Positions 50,701 through 56,700 of a DNA stretch of 57,614 bases are shown in pieces. The first letter of the stretch is position 1, and every line of letters starts with the position of its first letter. A program made the position numbers and the translations under genes. The stretch lies in NCBI GenBank assembly GCA_964520645.1, contig CAZFND010000004.1, positions 1 to 57,614 of the forward strand, given 5' to 3'. Under the pieces are notes generated by a model. It ran no database searches, was not told the DNA's origin, and saw nothing but the letters and a program-made list of their open reading frames with translations. The stretch is from an uncultured Candidatus Saccharibacteria bacterium (GTDB taxonomy: Bacteria > Patescibacteriota > Minisyncoccia > Phycocordibacterales > JAKAEA01).

Positions 50701-51053
50701 TTGTTGGTGCATTTGTAACTCCAGAGCCATACAACTTTATTATCGTTGCCGCATATCTTGTAATTATCGTTCTTCGAAAAATGGGAATTAGAGGAAGAAG
50801 TTATGGATTCATCACAGAAACTGAAACAGGAAATCCACTTTCATTTGCGATCATTAGAATTATTTCTCCTAGTCTTCGAAAAGAAATTTTCCACAAAGTT
50901 GCAGATCAATTTGGTCGTTACTACTGTCTTGTTCCAAAAGGAAATTATATTGTTCGTATCGAACGTAAGAATCCAGATGAATCGTATAGTGTCGTTGCAG
51001 AAATGGCAGTCCTCGCTCCTCGAGGTATCATCAATCAAGGATTCAAAGTCTAG
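47712..51053 (+). CDS. Giant surface protein: signal peptide, GYAW-GWI repeats, Gly linker, vWA domain, SdrD/Cna-B-like domain, Cys-repeat array, then TM helices alternating with CarboxypepD_reg-like beta-sandwiches
   Basis: 1113 aa. Signal KLLYIFLLLLFFLPTFAGA, MIDAS VIDLSGSM, GKIIQDQNGNGVYDQGE. TM pairs lie near aa 800-850 and 960-1000. WGTVYDSVTKQPLDPAYVVLKD...DLDGRYGF. The start is GTG and is uncertain; TTG 47727 is possible. Confidence 0.85.
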   Translation: MKQKLLYIFLLLLFFLPTFAGASTTDGTIDPTYNRARFINGTGGYINFAASQGNVHVTDAGMTGYAWSENYGWINLNPANGGVLNDAEGTLSGYAWGEKMGWINFKPTNGGVTIDANGNFLGYAWSEKLGWISFNCATEGNCGSTSYKVMTDWRPLTVRNSTSTPGGGGSGGGGGGGGGCVTGCTPPPSFDVCPNIAGNQTSVPPGLVVNLAGSCVAPQACLALPQQLKQSLDVMLVIDLSGSMNDTIGGATKISQAKAAAITFVNSLDPNSDKVGLATFANTSRLENALTSVFGPVNTKINSLVVSGGTNIGDGIQTAHNELVAHGRSNAKHIIILLTDGYVNAPGTNPYGYAVGTSNTAKSGADIIYTIGLGSTVDASFLKTVATQASNYYYSPTGSDLQNIYLQISAIECTSQTSNVSGKIIQDQNGNGVYDQGELGFSGATIDIISTNASQPMRVAVTLSDGSFNFSGVAPGDYLVCSEQQGSYTQTYPLLNNGCFSISIIQGYSVNELVFALTSGAPPTSGDSCNNISGIQTSIPLGLVSDGSGNCIPPGVTPTDLCSNISGNQFYIPDGMILDEQAQCVIPLQPVDVCPNMAGNQAFLPAGMEYDSLGNCTPITNADLCPNIAGAQTTVPSNMSINSQGDCVTIVSDMCPNIMGTQGVVPLGMVMDIDGNCVAATATRDVCVNISGTQNSVPAGMTVDGDGNCTLIPLSTDVCPNITGEQSSIPGGMRYDSNGNCITPPPPCVGILCNLPTIDIPSLPPLPSLPPVFQGYVDSGTNTVGDIQRALQDIYKDPNVSITGKAFSLIGLIVGLLGALSALFLTPLSLAELVLLPFRLWSLLMSLLGFKKKYRPWGTVYDSVTKQPLDPAYVVLKDSQGNDISTAITDLDGRYGFLTQGGSFSLVANKTNYTFPSEKLAGKTSDELYTNLYFGGLVTVDAKTAVIDRNIPLDPQNFDWNEFAKRNKNLMKFYSARDRMFHKLADLFFRLGFICALVGAFVTPEPYNFIIVAAYLVIIVLRKMGIRGRSYGFITETETGNPLSFAIIRIISPSLRKEIFHKVADQFGRYYCLVPKGNYIVRIERKNPDESYSVVAEMAVLAPRGIINQGFKV
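47901..48117 (+). repeat. Three tandem ~25-aa repeats GYAW[SG]E[NK]xGWI[NS][LF]xPxNGGV
   Basis: The three copies are GYAWSENYGWINLNPANGGV, GYAWGEKMGWINFKPTNGGV and GYAWSEKLGWISFNC. Confidence 0.8.
49296..49934 (+). repeat. Seven tandem Cys-bounded ~28-aa repeats (C-x-N-[IM]-x-G-x-Q-x3-P-x-G-[ML]-x5-7-C); an eighth copy lies at 48288..48356
   Basis: Examples: CNNISGIQTSIPLGLVSDGSGNC, CPNMAGNQAFLPAGMEYDSLGNC, CPNITGEQSSIPGGMRYDSNGNC. Confidence 0.85.
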
Positions 51054-51055
51054 TA

Positions 51056-51086
51056 TAAAATACCGCCAACTAAGGCGGTATTTTTA
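51056..51086 (+). terminator. Rho-independent terminator
   Basis: TACCGCC (51061-51067) pairs with GGCGGTA (51074-51080), then T5. A second hairpin AGGGG-ATAAA-CCCCT follows. Confidence 0.8.
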
Positions 51087-51117
51087 GGGGATAAACCCCT
51101 TTACTTTTTCATAATTA

Positions 51118-51128
51118 TAGTGTATAAT
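51118..51128 (+). promoter_or_regulatory. TAGTGTATAAT promoter-like 11-mer, copy 3 of 3
   Basis: TATAAT at 51123-51128, ~100 nt upstream of ATG 51236 of the GC-rich membrane-protein gene. Confidence 0.45.
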
Positions 51129-51235
51129 TTAACCAGTCTAAAAGTTCGTTGACGTTCGTTCATATCTTTGTCAGTACTGTGTACTAAACGTGTCTAAGCT
51201 TCTGAACTAATCACATCTCTTGTAAGGAGCTGGTC

Positions 51236-53146
51236 ATGGTCTCTGCAGTGGTTTTTATTCTCGTCACAATGTCACTACTCCTGTTCGTGTGCTTTGGAGT
51301 AGGTCTTGCTTTTTCGCGGCCTCTCCATCTTTTTCAACAGGGCACCAAAGCCCAGTTGATCAACTGTAATGCGATTGGTTTGGGTTTGATCTTGTTGATC
51401 TTGCAGTTTGTCCACTTCGTTTTGCCAATAACTTCGAATTTGATTCTGTGGTTCATGGCAATTGCGATCGTGAGCATTGTCGCTGCGTCACTTTCTGGAT
51501 CTTTGCGGATTACTCACATGTCGTGGAGGATGGTTGTTGCGAGTGTTTTGTTTGTTTCGTTGCTCGCGATCGTGGCCTGTCACTCTTTGGGATTTTTCCA
51601 GGTGAGCGACGGAATTGCTTACCATTGGAATCTTGTGAAGTGGACTAACCAGTATCCTATTATTCCGGGGTTGGCTAACGTCTACGAGAGGCTTGGGTCG
51701 AATAACTCGATCCATTTGTTCGCTGCAATGCTCAACACTGGCTTGCTGAGTGATCATGCAAACTTGGTCAATTGTTTCATGATTAGCTTGATGCTCGTCC
51801 ATGTAGCAGCAGGGTTCGTTGGAATGTCCCAGCGGCGAGGCTCGCAATGGGGAAATATAATGGGAGTTGCTTGCCTTCTCCCGATTTTTTACCACATTTT
51901 TGCCAATCCAGCAGGGACAGCGGATATTGGATATGTCTCATCTGACGAACCCATGTCTTGGATGGTGTTTCTGGGATTGATGTCTGTTGTTCACTTTATG
52001 TTTGGTGCAGAGAAATCCGATAAACCTTCTCACTTGGCTACTGCAGTGATCTGTTTTGCTACTGCAGCAACGATAAAACTGAGTGGTATATTCGTTTTTG
52101 CTGTCGCAGCCATGTTGCTGATTATTCTTCTGGTGAAAAGCCGGGAGTATCGTACATGGCGCTATGCGACACTTTACGGAGTGGCCACTCTGATGATTGT
52201 CTGTTCAGCCGTCCGAGGGGTAATTATTTCGGGTTTGCCGTGGTTCCCAATCGATAAGGGATTTGATGTCCCTTGGCGGTTGCCATCGAAAGAGGTAGCT
52301 GCTGGGAGGTTCCTCATTGATGTTCACGCAAGGTTCAATGGGAACATGAATCACACTCAAACAGAGTCCTATTTGTTCCACCCAGACTTCCTTGGTCAAT
52401 TCACATGGAGTAACTCTGGATGGGGGATTCTGATCGCTACCTTCTCACTTCTCATGGCCATTGTGGTCATGTATAAATATCAGCGTCGCCAAATGATGGG
52501 TTCTTTCAAGAAGGTGTGCTGTGTTTACACTCTCATCATCGGGCCGTTGTTGTTCTGGATTGTAACGGCGCCAGCGATGAGATTCGCATGGCATTTCTTC
52601 TGGCTCATTCCCATCGTTGCGTTGGTTTACCTTTTCTATGTGACGGAGGGGCTCAACCTCTCTAATTTCAAAGAAAGGTGGCTAGTACGTTTGATGGCTC
52701 CAGCAATGGTGTGTTTGTGGGCGCTGTTCTATGTTGGAAGTCCTGTGATGAACCTTACAGGAACAGCTTTTTACAGCGGGCCTTCTGTTGCTGGTCATGA
52801 GTTTTGGAATCTGGTCACTGCTAAACGTAGTTCCGAACAAGAGCGTCAGGCTCAGTTTGGGTTCTATTACCCACGAGCACTTGTCGGAGGTAAGCTTATC
52901 AGGGTCCAAGCTTCATCAGGATTGATATTTGTACTTCCTGATGCGCCTCAGAGTGCTACACTTGAATTGCTGATTGGAGATTTGCCGATTACTCCTCATG
53001 CGATTCCAACAAGTAGTCTCATTGGAGATGTTGGGTTGCTTAATCCCACGAAGGGAGTCGCAGGAGGGTTCTATCGAATCTCCTCAGAAAAGGGAGGTAT
53101 ATTGACAAGGTTGCCAACTGTCGTCAAACAGGTGGCATCGAGATAA
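51236..53146 (+). CDS. GC-rich polytopic membrane protein (O-antigen-polymerase/GT-C-like candidate), compositionally foreign
   Basis: 636 aa with about 14 TM helices and a soluble ~130-aa C-terminus. Loop DGIAYHWNLVKWTNQYPIIPGLANVYERLGSNNS. Strong SD AAGGAG 7 nt upstream. About 48-50% GC. Confidence 0.7.
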   Translation: MVSAVVFILVTMSLLLFVCFGVGLAFSRPLHLFQQGTKAQLINCNAIGLGLILLILQFVHFVLPITSNLILWFMAIAIVSIVAASLSGSLRITHMSWRMVVASVLFVSLLAIVACHSLGFFQVSDGIAYHWNLVKWTNQYPIIPGLANVYERLGSNNSIHLFAAMLNTGLLSDHANLVNCFMISLMLVHVAAGFVGMSQRRGSQWGNIMGVACLLPIFYHIFANPAGTADIGYVSSDEPMSWMVFLGLMSVVHFMFGAEKSDKPSHLATAVICFATAATIKLSGIFVFAVAAMLLIILLVKSREYRTWRYATLYGVATLMIVCSAVRGVIISGLPWFPIDKGFDVPWRLPSKEVAAGRFLIDVHARFNGNMNHTQTESYLFHPDFLGQFTWSNSGWGILIATFSLLMAIVVMYKYQRRQMMGSFKKVCCVYTLIIGPLLFWIVTAPAMRFAWHFFWLIPIVALVYLFYVTEGLNLSNFKERWLVRLMAPAMVCLWALFYVGSPVMNLTGTAFYSGPSVAGHEFWNLVTAKRSSEQERQAQFGFYYPRALVGGKLIRVQASSGLIFVLPDAPQSATLELLIGDLPITPHAIPTSSLIGDVGLLNPTKGVAGGFYRISSEKGGILTRLPTVVKQVASR

Positions 53147-53177
53147 ACGAATGATCGCGTCTGCGGCCTAAAAAGCC

Positions 53178-53210
53178 AAAAGCGCCGAGCTTACACTCGG
53201 CGTTTTTTTC
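53178..53210. terminator. Bidirectional rho-independent terminator between convergent genes
   Basis: GCGCCGAG (53182-53189) pairs with CTCGGCG(C), flanked by an A-run and T7. Confidence 0.85.
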
Positions 53211-53235
53211 TGCTTAAAAACAGTTAAATAAGAGA

Positions 53236-53640
53236 TTACTTTTCTAATACTCTAAGAATTTCTGAAACAATTTCGTCTGGAGTGATAGTAGCTTTGATCA
53301 AAAACGCTGTAGCCCCTAGATCGGTCGCTTGCTTGATATCTTTTTCTTCACCGAGATTAGAAAAGACAACAATAGGAGTTTTCTTGAAAGCTGAATCATC
53401 TCTAAGTTCTTTTAAAATATCAAATCCACTCATATCAGGAAGGAGGAGATCGAGGAGAATAAGATCAGGTTTTTCTTTTTGAATAGTACTTACTGCTTCA
53501 CCACCTTTGCTTACCAAACTTACATTAGCTTTTGCTCCGATAAGCTTCTTTACAACAAGACTTCCAAGGAAGGTGTCATCTTCTACTATTACAATTTTTT
53601 TACCTGCGAGTGTTAATGCTGAATCTTTGCTTGTTGTCAT
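53236..53640 (-). CDS. Stand-alone response-regulator receiver domain (CheY-like)
   Basis: 134 aa. Motifs IVEDD, phospho-acceptor LILLDLLLPDMSG, VVFSNLG, FLIKA. No output domain. Confidence 0.9.
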   Translation of the reverse strand: MTTSKDSALTLAGKKIVIVEDDTFLGSLVVKKLIGAKANVSLVSKGGEAVSTIQKEKPDLILLDLLLPDMSGFDILKELRDDSAFKKTPIVVFSNLGEEKDIKQATDLGATAFLIKATITPDEIVSEILRVLEK

Positions 53641-53760
53641 ATATTTTAGTGATTTGTATCCCTCTATTCTACTCTAAAGTAGTTTCTATGGGAAGTATAA
53701 GTATAGATACTTCATACATGTGGAAAACTCCTTATTTTTCAACAATAATTTATGTATGCA

Positions 53761-53771
53761 TGTGATATAAT
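53761..53771 (+). promoter_or_regulatory. Extended -10 of TRTGn type (TGTGaTATAAT)
   Basis: Predicted +1 near 53778, 20 nt before ATG 53798. Confidence 0.45.
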
Positions 53772-53797
53772 TTGAGAGTGTATGTAATTAGTATGTA

Positions 53798-56700
53798 ATG
53801 AAGCAGTATAAAGATTTTGTAAATCTGAAATTCTTTGGTTCTATGGTTATTTTCATGGGATGTATTCTCATGGTTTTTGGCTTCGCTTCATTTGCATACG
53901 CTCTTCCATATTCTCCAGGTGAGACACTCGATCCAGGATGTACTCCTGGAACTGCAAATTGTACTGTTAGTAATGTAAGTATTGCCGATTATTTCATTGG
54001 TACAACAACCGCTACTTCTACATATGCTGGTGGAATCCAAACGACATCATTGTATGTGACTTCTTCAAGTGCATCATCAACATTTAATAATGGGATCAAT
54101 CTTTCTGGTGGTTGTTATGCAGTGAGTGGAACATGTTTGACCCCACTTACAAACAGCGTGACTGGGCTCACCTATAGTGGTGGAGCTTTGTCACTTACTT
54201 CTGGATACAACATTCCTCTCACTGCCTCAACAACAAACTGGAATAGTTTTTATGACACCCCATCATCACGGATTACAGCAGGAACAGGACTCAGTTGGAG
54301 TGGAAATACACTTAACGCTAGTGGAGGATCATCAGCATCTTCTACACTTTTGTCTGATACAAATACATTTAGTGCTACCAACACATTTTCGCAAGGTATA
54401 AGACTTGGTGCGTATTCCGTAATTGATCCTGTAAATGTAGATTTCAATTTTGCTGATCAAGGAGGGAATTCTAAAATCCGTTACAATTTAGGAGCATTTA
54501 CAATCCGTAATGGAGGAGGTAATACTACTTTAAATATAGATGGAAATGGATTGTTACAAATTTCGAATGTTTCAGGTTTAGAAAAGTTTCGTGTAGACGC
54601 ATCAACAGGAAATGTTGGTATTGGAACTACATCCCCATATGCAAAATTGTCAGTTGCAGGTGAGATAGTTGCTGCAAACTTCACAGGTACAACAACTGCA
54701 ACTTCAACTCTTGGAGGTGGATTGTCAGCTACACGTCTTCTTACAACAGCAACATCAACAATTGCTGGCATAAACCTCAATGCAGGATGTTACGCAATTA
54801 ATGGAACTTGTCTTTCATCAGGTGGTAGTGGAACAGTAACCTCAGTTGATATGACAGTGCCTACTGGTCTTTCAATTTCTGGTAACCCTATTACAACATC
54901 TGGAACATTAGCCCTTACTTACGCAAGTGGATACGCAGGAGTATTAACCGCTTCTACAACTAATTGGAACTCTTTCTACGACACTCCATCAACACGTATT
55001 ACTGCAGGAACAGGACTCAGTTGGAGTGGAAATACACTTAATGCTAGTGGAGGATCATCAGCATCTTCTACGCTTCTTGCTGATGCAAACACATTTAGTG
55101 GAAATAATGCATTTACAGGAACAAATAATTTTACTGGCAATCTTGGTGTAGGCACATCATCTCCATATGCCAAGCTCTCAGTTGCGGGACAAATTGTAGG
55201 TGCATACTTTACAGGAACAACCACAGCAACATCTACGCTTGCAGGAGGATTACAGACAAGTGCTTTGAATATCACATCATCAAGTGCATCATCAACGTTT
55301 AGTAATGGTATCAATCTTGCCGGTGGTTGTTATGCTGTGAACGGAAGTTGTATTACGGGAGGCGGAGGTGGTGGTGGATCAGGAACAGTAAGCTCGGGTC
55401 TATTTGGCCAATTGGCATGGTATGCCGCTGATGGCACAACCGTCTCAGGTACTTCGACTGGACGTCTCACGGTGGGATCGTTAAATGCTACATCTACTAC
55501 AGCCACCTCAACATTCTTAGGAGGTCTAAGCATTGGTACTACAACGTCCGAATCACGATTGCATGTTGCAGATAATTCTAATTATGTAATGACTCTTCAA
55601 AGAGCCTCTTCTACCTCTGCAGAAATTGCTCCTGTAAATAACCTTATCCGTTTTAGTAATGATGTTTCAACAGGCAAATATAATGGCTATATTGGTATGT
55701 CTGGAAGAGCTGGGGGAGGTGTCGTATATCTAGATCCAAGTGCAGATACATCAGTTCAATTAAATGTGGGTGGTGGAGCCACACATTATGGAGTTTTGAG
55801 TGATTTTTGTGCGACATTAACTGGACCTTATGCTAATTTGTGTGCTTCTAAGCATATAAATTATTATGATTACTTTAATACGGGCGGTGTAGGTGCTGGA
55901 GGTAACGATGGTACGTATGTGGATGGGAGTGGTACAGATATTTATGATATGAGTAATGTGAGTTTGAATGGACAAAAAGCAACTCGGATTACGATACGAG
56001 CATATGCCAGAAGTGGAGGTACTCCACAGGGAACTGTTAATATAAAAATTAATGGTGTAGCTCAAACAGCTCAAAATTTTGCTATGCCAAATGACAATAC
56101 TGTAGTCTGGAGTAGTTTCTCATGGAATGGATCGTTTACTCAATCGGATATTGATAGTTTACAAGTGGTTTTGACGGGTGGTACTTATCAGGTTACATTT
56201 GCTCTATTTGCTGAAGTTACCGTCCCAGATCCTACAACATCAGCGCTTGTATTTGCAACAAATCAGAATCCATCAGTTGAAGCATCAACAACAGAAAAGA
56301 TGAGAATCACTGCTCTCGGAGATGTGGGGATTGGACTTACTACTCCAGAATCACGTCTTCATATTTACTCAACAAATCAGCTCAATGATTATCTACTTAC
56401 TCTTCAGAGAGCAACATCATCACTTGCAAGCAACTTAATTAAATTTGCAGTAGGCACTAGTTCAGAACTCTATGGAGGTTATATTGGATTGCTTGGTAAA
56501 AGTGGAAGTGGTTCATTAACAAGTGCGTTAGATCCAAACGCAGATACTGCCACTGTAGAGTGGACTCCATCTACAGGTACGGATCACTATGCTGTTATCG
56601 ATGATGGTACGCAGCAGCCTACCACTCCTAATACAGCGGATTACATTAATCATTATTTGGACAATGGAGGATTTGGTACTGCTAGTGGCAGTGTTAATGA

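Noticed and set aside
54278-55071. The near-identical 68-nt repeats as a diversity-generating retroelement TR/VR pair
   Set aside because: Both copies lie in-frame in the same gene. The single core mismatch is C/T. Differences in the extended repeat are of all types rather than adenine-specific. No reverse transcriptase or Avd-like gene is in the window.
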